This document shows positions 48,553 through 58,549 of a DNA stretch of 64,000 nucleotides, piece by piece (position 1 is the stretch's first letter; each line of letters opens with the position of its first letter). Source of the stretch: an uncultured bacterium (GTDB taxonomy: Bacteria > Krumholzibacteriota > Krumholzibacteriia > Krumholzibacteriales > Krumholzibacteriaceae); contig CAWBAN010000002.1 in assembly GCA_963786935.1 (NCBI GenBank), positions 96,001 to 160,000 on the forward strand. Reading direction: 5' to 3'. The translations under genes were made by a program, and so were the position numbers. The notes under the pieces are model-generated. The model searched no databases. It had not been told where the DNA came from and saw only the letters and a program-made list of their open reading frames with translations.

Positions 48553-48624
48553 GGCGCCGGACATTCTCGCTCCGAACCCAGTCGCAGGGCCTCCAATGGG
48601 TTCGTCGCGAGAATGTCCGGCGCC
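48553..48624. repeat. Long intergenic inverted repeat (hairpin)
   Basis: GGCGCCGGACATTCTCGC / GCGAGAATGTCCGGCGCC perfect 18-bp arms plus inner CGAACCCA/TGGGTTCG 8-bp stem. Confidence 0.8.
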
Positions 48625-48631
48625 GGCATCG

Positions 48632-48694
48632 GCGGGGTGCAATCGCCGACAGGACCCGCGCGGGGCGCAACCAGCGGCAGGACCCGCGTATCGG
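48632..48694. repeat. GC-rich 28-bp REP-like repeat array (copy 2)
   Basis: GCGGGGTGCAATCGCCGACAGGACCCGC + GCGGGGCGCAACCAGCGGCAGGACCCGC + GTATCGG. Confidence 0.75.
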
Positions 48695-48726
48695 GGCTCG
48701 CGGCGGCGAAGGCGCATGGATGAGGT

Positions 48727-51700
48727 ATGTGGGACGATCTGAAGCATAAGATAGAGGGCCTCGAGCCCTACCGGGCGCTGCTCAAGAAGCTCGGCCCCGA
48801 GGGGGCCAGCGTCCCCGTCGCGGGGCTCTACGGCAGCGCGCGTTCGCTCGTCGTCGCCGCGCTCGCCTCGGCTCGGCGCGCGCCCTTCATCATCATCGCG
48901 CCCGATCCCGTCCGCGCCCGCGACGTCGAGGAGGACCTCCGGATATTCGGCGTGCAGGGCGTCGTGCCCTACCCCGAGGACGAGATTCTCCCGTACGATT
49001 ACCACGATCCCGACCGGAGCCTCACCGGCCTCCAGATGGAGGCGCTCGACGCGCTCGGCTCGGGACGCTGCCGCGTGCTCGTCTGCACGCTGCGGTCCGC
49101 GCTCAAGAAGGTGTTCCCCCGCGGGCTGTTCCGCACGCTCCTCGTCGACGTTCGGGCGGGCGAGGAGCGCGATCCGCACGAGCTGGCCGAGCGCCTCGTT
49201 CGCCTCGGCTACGAGCGTCACGAGACGGTCGAGGCGAAAGGGCAGTTCGCGCTGCGCGGCGGCATTCTCGACATCTTCGAGGTGGCCGGCGAGACGCCGG
49301 TGCGCATGGAGTTCGACGGGGACGAGATCGTTTCGATGCGCGACTTCGACATCGAGACGCAGCGGTCCACCGGCTCGCGCGAAAGCGTCCGCATCCACCC
49401 GCCCGCTCACATCGCCCCGACGCCGGAGGGGATCGCGCGCCTCGTGGAGCGCATCCGCGCGGAGACGGAAGGGGCGAGCGACGAGGAGCGGGCGCGGCTC
49501 ATGCTCCCCGCGGAGCGCCTCGAGAAGGGGATCTCGTTCTTCGGCATGGAGCACTACGCGGCGGTCGTGCACGACGTCGTCCCCCTCTTCGCGCATTTCG
49601 ACGAGCCGCCCGACGTCGTGCTCGTCGACGCCGAGGACATCGAGAGCGCTCTCGCCGATTTCAGGGAGGAGATCGCCCTGCGATACGCCCGGACGCGCGG
49701 CGAGGGGAATCTCTATCCCGCGCCCGACGAGGCGTACGTGGGAGAACGGGAGCTCGCCGAATGGCTCGATCGCTCGCGGCGCGTCTCGATCCACAAGCTC
49801 GAATGGGAGGGGGCCCTGCGCTTCGGCACGTCGTCGCCGGGGGACTACCGCCGGAACCTCGCCGCCCTCGTGACCGACGTGCAGAAGGAGCTCAAGCGCG
49901 GGAACGCCGTCTATTTCTTCTGCGCGAGCACCTTCCAGCGCGAGCGCGCCGAGGAGCTCCTCGAGGATATCGCCATGGAGATCGATTTTCCGATCGGCAA
50001 TCTCTCGAGCGGCTTCCGCTGGCCCGAGATCGGCGTCTTCTTCCTGAGCGAGGAAGAGGTGTTCGGGCGCTACCACCGCCCGTATCACACGCCCCCCGCG
50101 CGGAGCAGGTCGCTCGCCTACGATCCGTCGCATTTCCAGCCGGGGGATTTCGTCGTCCACGTGAACCACGGCATCGGGCGCTACATGGGCATGCGCGTCC
50201 TCGATATCGAGTGCGGCAAGACCGAGTGCCTCGACATGCGCTACGGCGGCGACGACCACCTCTTCATCCCGATCGGGCAGCTCCGCCTCGTCGAGAAGTA
50301 CGTCGCGGCGGAGGACGCGACGCCGCAGCTCGACCGCCTCGGGAGCGCCTCGTGGACGCGGACCCGCGAGCGCGCCCGCAAGAGCGCCGAGAAGATCGCG
50401 CGCGATCTCCTCGAGGTGTACGCGGCGCGCCAGCTCGCCAAGGGCTTCTCCTTCCCCGCGGACAAGCCGTGGCAGCAGGAGATGGAAGCCTCCTTCCCCT
50501 TCGAGGAAACGAACCACCAGCTCCGGGCGACCGCGGAGGTCAAAGGGGACATGGAGTCGCCCCGCCCGATGGACCGGCTCCTCTGCGGCGACGTGGGATT
50601 CGGCAAGACGGAGGTCGCCGTGCGCGCGGCCTTCAAGGCGGCGCTCTCGGGCAAGCAGGTGGCGATCCTCGTCCCGACCACCGTGCTCGCGATGCAGCAT
50701 ACGACCACGGTGAGCGAGCGCCTCGCGGGCTATCCGGTGACCGTCTCGACGCTGAGCCGCTTCGTCTCGAACGCGAAGCAGAAGGAGGCGGTCGAGGCGG
50801 TGAAGGAGGGGAAGGTCGACATCGTCGTCGGCACGCACCGGCTGCTCTCGAAGGACGTCCAGTTCAAGGACCTCGGGCTCGTCATCATCGACGAGGAGCA
50901 CCGGTTCGGGGTGCGGCACAAGGAGAAGTTCAAGAAATTGAAGAAATCGGTCGACGTGCTCACGCATGACCGCGACGCCGATCCCGCGCACCCTCTCGAT
51001 GGCGATCTCGGGGATCCGCGATATCTCGGTGATCGACACGCCGCCGCGCAACCGTCGTCCCATTCAGACCGAGATTGTCGCCGTTCGACGACGAGAGCTA
51101 TCCGCGACGCCTGCATGCGCGAGATCGACCGCGGCGGGCAGGTATTCTTCGTGCACAACCGCGTGCAGTCGATCGCGGTGATGGAGGGCTACCTGCGCCG
51201 CCTCCTGCCGGACCGCGTGCGGATCGCGCACGCGCACGGCCAGATGCCCGAGCGCGAGCTCGAGCGGCTCATGATCGACTTCCTCGAGCGCAAGTTCGAC
51301 GTGCTCGTCTGCACGATGATCATCGAAGTCGGGGCTCGATTTCCCGAACGTGAACACGATCGTCATCAACCGCGCCGACCGCTTCGGGCTCGCCCAGATC
51401 TACCAGCTCCGCGGGCGCGTCGGACGGTCGGACCGCAAGGCGTACGCCTATCTCCTCGTCCCGCGCGGCCGCGCGCTCACCCCGACGGCCGTCAAGCGGC
51501 TCCAGGCGATCAGCGAGTTCGACTACCTCGGCGCCGGCTACCGGATCGCGATGCGCGATCTCGAGATCCGCGGGGCCGGCAACCTCCTCGGCGTCGAGCA
51601 GTCGGGGAACATCGCCGCGGTCGGCCTCGATCTCTACACGCGCATGCTCAAGGAGGAGGTCGCGCGCCTCAAGGGGGAGCCGGTCGCGACGGAGCGCGAG

Positions 51701-52156
51701 GTGCGCATCTCGGTCCCCCTGCCGGCCTATCTCCCCTCCGAATACGTCACCGATTCGGAGGAGCGGATGGACATCTACCGGCGGCTCTCGCGGATCGAGA
51801 CCGCCGCCCAGGCCGCCGAGATGGAGGCGGAGCTCCGCGACCGCTTCGGCCCGCTCCCCGAGAGCGCCGCCAACATGCTCAAGATCGTCGAGCTCAAGGC
51901 GCGCGCCGCCGCGGCGGGCGTCGACCGGATCGAAATCGACCGCTCGCTCGCCCTCAGGGCGGGTTTCGCGAGCGACCGGCTCCCGGACAAGAGGCGGATC
52001 GCCGCGATCGTGGATCTCTTTCCGGGGCGGCTGATATTCCACACCAAGGAGGGCTTCGGGCTGACCGTGAAGGGGGCGCGGTCCGCCGGGGGCGCCTCCG
52101 ATCCCCTCCGAGACCTCGAAAATCTGTTGAAATCGCTGGAATTTTCTGATAAATAG
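48727..52156 (+). CDS. mfd: Transcription-repair coupling factor Mfd; four apparent +1 frameshifts at ~50965, ~51080, ~51099 and ~51328
   Basis: [79 protein letters not shown]; motifs are spread over three frames. Confidence 0.93.
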
Positions 52157-52194
52157 AGTAGTTTAACCAGTATGGGCGACCCCGCGGGGGCATG

Positions 52195-52215
52195 CCCGGA
52201 AGCCGGGATTTTTTT
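52195..52215 (+). terminator. Putative Rho-independent terminator after mfd
   Basis: CCCGG-AAG-CCGGG followed by ATTTTTTT. Confidence 0.5.
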
Positions 52216-52283
52216 CGTTTGAGGCTCCCTCGGGGAGCCTTCGGTATCGAATGTCGAACGGTGTTGTGAGAAAGGAGCCCGCT

Positions 52284-54062
52284 TTGAAAAGAACGATCCT
52301 CTGCGTCCTGGCGGCCGCGCTCGCGCTGTCCCTCGGATGCGGCAAGAAAGAGAACCTCGTCATCGCCAAGGTGGCGGACCGGAAGATCACCGTCGGGGAC
52401 TTCAACAAGGCCGTCACGACGATGGACGAGAAGTACCTTCCCCGGACGAACGACCTCGAGGGGAAGAAAGAGCTGCTCGATATCATGATCAATAAGGAAA
52501 TCATGACGCTCAAGGCGCTTTCGGCCGGATACGAGAAGGAGCAGTGGTTCGTCGATTTCTGGGAGCGGTTCAAAGGGCAGTTCCTCGTCGCCTCGATGGA
52601 GAACGAATACATCATGAAGAAGGTCAAGGTGACCGAGGAGGAAGCCAAGGCCTACTTCGACCAGATGCACAGACAATTCACGTTGAGCCAGATTCTCGTC
52701 GCGAACGAGGATGAGGCCCGCGCCATCAAGGAGCAGCTCTCCGGGGGCGCCGATTTCGCCGAGCTCGCCAAGAAGTACTCGCTGAGCCGCGAAGCCGACG
52801 ACGGCGGGCTCCTCGGCACGAGCACGATCGGGAACATGTTCTACTGGATCGAAGAAGCCCTCGTGAACGCGAAAGAAGGGGATATCACGGAGCCCCTGCA
52901 AACGCCGACGGGGTGGACGATTCTCAAGGTGCACGCCGTCAAGGAGATCACGCCCGAGAAGGATCTGGAGTACGCGCGGAAGAAGGTCGAGGGGGACAAG
53001 CAGAAGAAGCTCCTCGCCGAGATGAAGCAGAAGATCGAGAAGGACATCGGGCTCGTCATCTATCCCGAGGCGGTCGGCATCGTGTACAACAACCTGCCGC
53101 CCGACATCTCGATGGAAGACATCGTCACCTACAAGGTGACTCGCGATAACGCGCCGAAGCTCGAGATCCCCGAGCAGTACCAGGGCATGCTCCTCGCCCA
53201 GTACGCCGACGGATCCTACACGCTCAAGGATTACATGAAGATCTACGACGAGATCGGGCTTCCCGAGCGTCCGAGCCACCGGCTCGGGAAGGACGCGATC
53301 GTCGAATCCATCCACCGGAAGATCTGGGATCAGGCGCTTCCGGTCTACGTCGAGAAGACGCTCAAGGTGCAGGACATTCCCGAGGTGGCGAAGGGGCTCC
53401 AGCAGAAGAAAGAAATGATGCTCACGTGGAAGTTCTACGAGGATCAGGTGAAGAGCCAGGTCGCGGTGAGCGAGCTCGACCTCCAGGATTATTACAACGC
53501 GAACCAGAGCGAGATCTCGAGCCCCGAACGGCGGGATTATTCGATCATCCTCGTGAGCGATAAGTCGAAGGCGGATCAGGCCGCCGCGGCCGCGCGCACG
53601 GGAGAGGATTTCACAAGGCTCGTGAAGAAATTCTCCGAGGATCCCCAGGCGATTCAGACCGGCGGCGCGACGGGGCTCGCGGCGAAGGGGAACTTCCCCG
53701 ATTACGACGAAATCGCGTTTTCGCTCCCCCTCGGCGGCGTTTCCGATCCGTTCCAGGTGCCGCGGGGATGGGCGGTCATCAAGGTCAATCAGATCGAGGC
53801 GCCCCAGCCGATGCCGTTCGCGAGCGCCGCGCAGATGCTGAAGGCGAAGCTGGAGGAGGACCGGGCCGAGAAGCTCCTCAAGGAAAAGCTCGCGAAATGG
53901 CGCCAAGACTACGCGAACGTGACCAAGATCAACACGAGGAACCTGAAGAAGACGGATCTCTCGAGGACGCGGCCGAGCGACGAGATACTGCAGCAGAAGG
54001 AGCGGGAGCGGGCCCTGCAGCAGCAGGCCGAGCAGTCGCAGCAGTTGCAAGTGCCGCGATGA
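52284..54062 (+). CDS. Parvulin-type peptidyl-prolyl isomerase lipoprotein with two PPIase domains (PrsA/SurA-like)
   Basis: TTG start after AAGGAG, lipobox SLGC; QILV...FAELAKKYS...GGLLG and FTRLVKKFSED...GGATG...GWAVIKV. Confidence 0.85.
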   Translation: MKRTILCVLAAALALSLGCGKKENLVIAKVADRKITVGDFNKAVTTMDEKYLPRTNDLEGKKELLDIMINKEIMTLKALSAGYEKEQWFVDFWERFKGQFLVASMENEYIMKKVKVTEEEAKAYFDQMHRQFTLSQILVANEDEARAIKEQLSGGADFAELAKKYSLSREADDGGLLGTSTIGNMFYWIEEALVNAKEGDITEPLQTPTGWTILKVHAVKEITPEKDLEYARKKVEGDKQKKLLAEMKQKIEKDIGLVIYPEAVGIVYNNLPPDISMEDIVTYKVTRDNAPKLEIPEQYQGMLLAQYADGSYTLKDYMKIYDEIGLPERPSHRLGKDAIVESIHRKIWDQALPVYVEKTLKVQDIPEVAKGLQQKKEMMLTWKFYEDQVKSQVAVSELDLQDYYNANQSEISSPERRDYSIILVSDKSKADQAAAAARTGEDFTRLVKKFSEDPQAIQTGGATGLAAKGNFPDYDEIAFSLPLGGVSDPFQVPRGWAVIKVNQIEAPQPMPFASAAQMLKAKLEEDRAEKLLKEKLAKWRQDYANVTKINTRNLKKTDLSRTRPSDEILQQKERERALQQQAEQSQQLQVPR

Positions 54063-54077
54063 GGCGGGCGCATTGAT

Positions 54078-54989
54078 ATGACCGGGGCACGGGAGGCGAC
54101 AATCCTCTCTCTCCTCGTGCTCTTTGCCCTCGGAGGGTGCGGGAAGGGAAACGAGCGGGAGCAGGGGACCGGAGAGAGCGCGGGCGAGATCGTCCGCGTG
54201 GGGAGCGCCGTGCTCACCGGCGACGATCTCGCGAGGCTCGCCACCGAGGACGAGCAGATTCCCCCGACAGTCGAGGAGCGGCGGGAGTTCGTGAGCCGCT
54301 GGGTCGACACCGAGGTGCTGCGGCAGGAGGCCGTCCGCCGCGGGCTCACGTCCGACCCGTACGTGGAAGCGCGCCTGAAGGAGCTCGAGCAACAGTTCCT
54401 CGCCGACTACCTCGTTTTCTCGGAGCTGCGCGCGCGGACCGCGGTGAGCGAGGAGCAGGTGCGGGCGTATTACGCCGCGCACGAGCGGGAATACCTGTAC
54501 GAGTACCGCGTGAGCCAGATTATCGTTGCCACCCCCGAGGACGCCGAGCGCGTGATCGAGCTGCTCGGCACGAGGGGCTGGAGCTGGGTCGCGAACCGCT
54601 ACTCGATCGACGCGGGGGCGAGGCGCGGCGGCGATCTCGGGTACCTCACGAAGGGGAACATGAGCCCCGAGCTCGAGGCGATCGTCTTCGACATGAAGCC
54701 CGGCGACGTCACCGGCGTCATCAAATCGGATTTCGGCTATCACGTCTTCAAGCTCGACGATATCCGCGAAGCGGCGGTCTCGGTCGGGCTCGACGACGTG
54801 CGCGAGCAGATCACCGCCACGCTCATGCTCGAGAAGCGGAAAACGGCCTATCGCGAATTCATCGAGTCGCTCAAGGCGAAGGCCGACATAAAATACAAGG
54901 ACGAATCGTACTTGCGCCCCGTCGAGAGCGCGCCGCAGGCGGACACGGCCGGATTCTACGAGGACGTGGACACGTCCGGCACGCCCTGA
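54078..54989 (+). CDS. Parvulin-type peptidyl-prolyl isomerase lipoprotein (PpiC/PrsA-like)
   Basis: Lipobox LGGC; RYSID...GGDLGY...IKSDFGYHVFK. Confidence 0.87.
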   Translation: MTGAREATILSLLVLFALGGCGKGNEREQGTGESAGEIVRVGSAVLTGDDLARLATEDEQIPPTVEERREFVSRWVDTEVLRQEAVRRGLTSDPYVEARLKELEQQFLADYLVFSELRARTAVSEEQVRAYYAAHEREYLYEYRVSQIIVATPEDAERVIELLGTRGWSWVANRYSIDAGARRGGDLGYLTKGNMSPELEAIVFDMKPGDVTGVIKSDFGYHVFKLDDIREAAVSVGLDDVREQITATLMLEKRKTAYREFIESLKAKADIKYKDESYLRPVESAPQADTAGFYEDVDTSGTP

Positions 54990-55008
54990 AGCGGTTGGAG
55001 GAGGAACG

Positions 55009-56448
55009 ATGCATCATTTGAAGATCGTCGCGGCGGTCTGCGCGATATGCGCGGCCTCGGTCGCGGCGCCGGCGCCGCCGGCACGGGCGTTCCCGCAGGG
55101 CGCGAGCGCCGATACGGCGCGGGCCGACACGACGCGGGCCGACACGACGCGGGTTATCGAGGTGTGGGGGGATACGACGCGCGCCGCCGCTCCGGCTGGC
55201 GCGGGCACGGCGGCGGGCGCCCCCGTGCTCGTCGACGGGATCGCCGCGACCGTCGAGGACCGCGCGATCATGAAAAGCGACGTGGAAAACGAGATCAGGA
55301 ACTTCATGATCCAGACGCAGCGCGCAACCCTGACGGCCGACGAGGAGAAGGAGCTCAGGCAGGAGGCGCTCAACAGTCTCATTGCAACCGCGCTCCTCTC
55401 GGTTCAGGCCGAGCGGGACAACCTCAAGGTGGAGGATAAGGAAGTCGACGACGCGCTCGACCGCTGGATCGAGCAGAAGAAAACGGAAATGGGCGGGGAC
55501 GACGCGTTCGACCGGCAGCTCGCCGTCGAGGGGCTCACGATGGAGGCGCTCCGCGACCGGTACCGGGACAATATCAAGACGCTCCTCGTCATCGACAAAA
55601 TCAAATACCAGAAGATCATGCCGGAGGTCGCCGTTTCGGAGGCCGAGGTCCACTCGTACTACCTGGCGCACGTGACCGAGTTCCCGCAGAAGGAGCCGTC
55701 CGTGTCGATCGCCCAGATCCTCGTCGTGCCGAAGCCGGCCGAGCCGGTCCTCGCGAAGGCGCTCGAGAAGATCACGATGATCGAGGGCAAGCTCGCCGCC
55801 GGCGAGGATTTCGCGGCGACGGCGAAGGCGTTTTCGGACTGCCCGAGCGCGAAGTTCGGCGGCAATCTCGGCACGCTGAACCTCGACGAGCTCGGCAATC
55901 CGCCGTTCGCCGAGGCGGCCCGCAAGGTCCCGGTGGGCCAGATCAGCGCGCCCGTGCTCACCGAGTTCGGCTATCACATCATCAAAATCGAGAAGGTCGA
56001 CGGGGATCAGGTCACCCTGCGGCACATCCTCGTGCGCGCCGAACCCGGGCCCGAGGACGTCGAGACGGCGTCGAAGCTGGCCGAGCAGCTGCGGACGGAT
56101 CTCGCCGCGGGCGGGGATTTCGCGAAGGCGGCGGCGCAGTACTCGGGCGATTACGCCACAAAGGACAAGGGGGGCGTGCTGGGCGCGGTCGAGATCAAGA
56201 ATCTGCCCGAGAAGTTCCAGGCGGCGCTCAAGGGCGTGCCCGCGGGCGGGATCGCGCCGGTCGTCAAGGAGGATCGGGGATTCCGCGTCGTCAAGGTCTT
56301 GAGCTGGAACGCGGCGGGAACGTATTCGTACGACGAGGTGAAGAACCAGGTGCGGCGGATCGTCACCGAGAAGAAGATCATGGACCGGATGAACGAATAC
56401 GTGGAGGAGCTCAAGAAGGAATACGACGTCGTGATCAAGGGAGCATGA
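55009..56448 (+). CDS. surA: Periplasmic chaperone SurA
   Basis: VDGIAATVEDRAIMKSDV SurA N-domain; two parvulin domains (FSDCPSAKFGGNLG...TEFGYHIIK; YSGDYATKDKGGVLG); upstream of pdxA. Confidence 0.85.
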   Translation: MHHLKIVAAVCAICAASVAAPAPPARAFPQGASADTARADTTRADTTRVIEVWGDTTRAAAPAGAGTAAGAPVLVDGIAATVEDRAIMKSDVENEIRNFMIQTQRATLTADEEKELRQEALNSLIATALLSVQAERDNLKVEDKEVDDALDRWIEQKKTEMGGDDAFDRQLAVEGLTMEALRDRYRDNIKTLLVIDKIKYQKIMPEVAVSEAEVHSYYLAHVTEFPQKEPSVSIAQILVVPKPAEPVLAKALEKITMIEGKLAAGEDFAATAKAFSDCPSAKFGGNLGTLNLDELGNPPFAEAARKVPVGQISAPVLTEFGYHIIKIEKVDGDQVTLRHILVRAEPGPEDVETASKLAEQLRTDLAAGGDFAKAAAQYSGDYATKDKGGVLGAVEIKNLPEKFQAALKGVPAGGIAPVVKEDRGFRVVKVLSWNAAGTYSYDEVKNQVRRIVTEKKIMDRMNEYVEELKKEYDVVIKGA

Positions 56449-56741
56449 CCCCGGTGAGAATCGATCTGCTCCTCAAATCCCTCTGTCTCGCGAAGACGCG
56501 GAGCCAGGCCCACAAGGGATGCGATTCGGGGAGCGTTTCCATCAACGGCAGGAAGGCGAAGCCGAGCACGGAGGTCCGCGCCGGCGACGTCGTCGAGGTC
56601 CGCCACCCGCGGGCGGTGACGGCGGTCGAGATCATCGAGGTTCCCGCGGGGCAGGTGCCGCGGAGGGACCGCGACCGGTACTTCCGCGTCATCCGGGAAA
56701 CCCGGATCGACGCGGGCGGCGGCGAGGAGTGGGATGTCTGA
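56445..56741 (+). CDS. S4-domain RNA-binding protein (Hsp15/RqcP-YabO family)
   Basis: VRIDLLLKSLCLAKTRSQAHKGCDSGSVSINGRKAKPSTEVRAGD. Confidence 0.88.
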   Translation: MTPVRIDLLLKSLCLAKTRSQAHKGCDSGSVSINGRKAKPSTEVRAGDVVEVRHPRAVTAVEIIEVPAGQVPRRDRDRYFRVIRETRIDAGGGEEWDV

Positions 56742-57759
56742 ACACGTCGTGCGTCTCGCGCTCACCGTCGGGGACCCGGGGGGCGTCGGCCCCGAGATCG
56801 CCGGCTCGCTCCTCGCCTCGGGCGCCCTCTCCGGCGCCGACGTGTACGTTCTCGGCGCCTACGCGGCGCTCGAGGCCTGGCTTCCCGCGCGCGCGTGCGG
56901 CGCCGCCCGCGTGATTCCGCTCGCCGAGGCGGCGGCGCTCGAGCCGCCCGACTCGTTCCCCGTCTATATCGACACCGGCGAAGCGACGGGCTACCCCGTC
57001 GGGCGCCCCACCGCGGCGGGGGGGCTCGCCTCGGGCCGGGCGATCGAAGCGGCCGCGTCCCTCGCGAGGCGGGGGCTCGTCGACGGCATCGTCACGGGGC
57101 CCATCGCGAAGGAGGCGCTCGCGCTCGCCGGCTACGCGAAATACAGCCACACCGAGCTGCTCGCGGAGCTGTTCGGCGCTCGCGCGTGCGAGATGATGAT
57201 GGTTTCGGGCGCGCTGCGCATCGTCATTCTCACGAGAGACATCCCGCTGCGGGACGTGAGCGCCGCGGTCACCGCGGCGCGGATCGAATCGGGCGTGCGC
57301 ACGACCGCCGCGGCGCTCACGGAGCTCTTCGGCGTCGCGCGTCCGCGGATCGCGGTCGCCGCGCTCAACCCGCACGCCGGGGACGGCGGCGTCCTCGGAA
57401 CGGAGGAGCGCGACACGATTCTCCCCGCCCTCGAGTCGCTCCGCGCGGCGGGCTACGACGCCGACGGCCCGTTCCCCGCGGACACATTGTTTTACAAATG
57501 GGAGCGGAAAGGGTACGATGCCTTCATCGCTCTCTACCACGATCAGGGAATGATCCCCTTCAAGGCGGGGGGCTTCGAGAAGGGCGTCAACATGACGATC
57601 GGGCTCCCGGTCGTGCGGACGTCCGTCTGTCACGGGACGGCTTTCGACATCGCCGGAACGGGCAGGGCGGAGGCGGGGAGCCTCGAGAGCGCGTTCGCGC
57701 TCGCCGTCGAATGCTGCCGCGCCCGGCGCGAACGGCGCCCGGACGGCGCTCGGGAGTGA
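56734..57759 (+). CDS. pdxA: 4-hydroxythreonine-4-phosphate dehydrogenase PdxA
   Basis: TVGDPGGVGPEI, HTELLA, LNPHAGD, GPFPADT, LYHDQG, GLPVVRTSVCHGTAFDIAG. Confidence 0.95.
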   Translation: MSEHVVRLALTVGDPGGVGPEIAGSLLASGALSGADVYVLGAYAALEAWLPARACGAARVIPLAEAAALEPPDSFPVYIDTGEATGYPVGRPTAAGGLASGRAIEAAASLARRGLVDGIVTGPIAKEALALAGYAKYSHTELLAELFGARACEMMMVSGALRIVILTRDIPLRDVSAAVTAARIESGVRTTAAALTELFGVARPRIAVAALNPHAGDGGVLGTEERDTILPALESLRAAGYDADGPFPADTLFYKWERKGYDAFIALYHDQGMIPFKAGGFEKGVNMTIGLPVVRTSVCHGTAFDIAGTGRAEAGSLESAFALAVECCRARRERRPDGARE

Positions 57760-57760
57760 G

Positions 57761-58549
57761 ATGGAGCAGGACCAGAGAATCATCGTCGGCGTGTACCACC
57801 TCTCGAAAACCTTCGGGAAGCACTTCAGCCTCCACGACATCAACCTGCAGGTCACGAACGGCGAGTTCGTGTTCCTCGTCGGCCGGAGCGGCGCCGGGAA
57901 GAGCACGCTCCTGCGCATGATCTACATGGACGATTTCCCGAGCTCCGGGCAGGTGGTCGTCGGCCCGTACATATCGACCAAAATGAAGCGGAGCACGATC
58001 CCGCATCTCCGGCGGAAGATCGGCATCGTATTCCAGGACTTCCGGCTCCTCGACGACCGGACCATATTCGAGAACGTCGCCCTCGCGCTCAAGGCGTCGG
58101 GCGCCGGTCTCGGCGACGTGAAGCACCAGGTCACCGACATCCTCATGCGCGTCGGCCTCTATCACAAGCGCTACGATTTTCCGCACGAGCTCTCGGGGGG
58201 CGAGCAGCAGCGCGTCGCGATCGCGCGCGCCGTCGCGAACCGCCCCTCCGTGCTCCTCGCCGACGAGCCGACGGGGAACCTCGATCCCGTGGTGACGCGG
58301 AGCATTCTCGAGCTCCTGTTCAAGATCAACGCCGGCGGCACCGCCGTGCTCATGGCGACGCACGATCTCGATCTCGTCAAGAGCTTCGGGCAGCGGATCA
58401 TCTACCTCGACGGCGGCCGCGTCGTGAAGGACAAGGACATGATCTACGTCGGCGACCTGCGCGAGCGGATCGCGGGCTCCGAGATCAGCGAGAAGGCCGA
58501 TCGCCTCGAGGATCGGGACATCACGGGAGACGGGAGGAATCGCCGGTGA
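57761..58549 (+). CDS. ftsE: Cell division ATP-binding protein FtsE
   Basis: [47 protein letters not shown]. Confidence 0.93.
   Translation: MEQDQRIIVGVYHLSKTFGKHFSLHDINLQVTNGEFVFLVGRSGAGKSTLLRMIYMDDFPSSGQVVVGPYISTKMKRSTIPHLRRKIGIVFQDFRLLDDRTIFENVALALKASGAGLGDVKHQVTDILMRVGLYHKRYDFPHELSGGEQQRVAIARAVANRPSVLLADEPTGNLDPVVTRSILELLFKINAGGTAVLMATHDLDLVKSFGQRIIYLDGGRVVKDKDMIYVGDLRERIAGSEISEKADRLEDRDITGDGRNRR

Noticed and set aside
48553..48624. Hairpin as an integron attC site
   Set aside because: Ends do not fit RYYYAAC/GTTRRRY, the characteristic extrahelical bases are missing, and there is no integrase or cassette array.
48727..52156. mfd as a true pseudogene or programmed frameshift gene
   Set aside because: Indels are clustered and lack slippery-site context, and the rest of the gene is intact; a consensus error is more likely.
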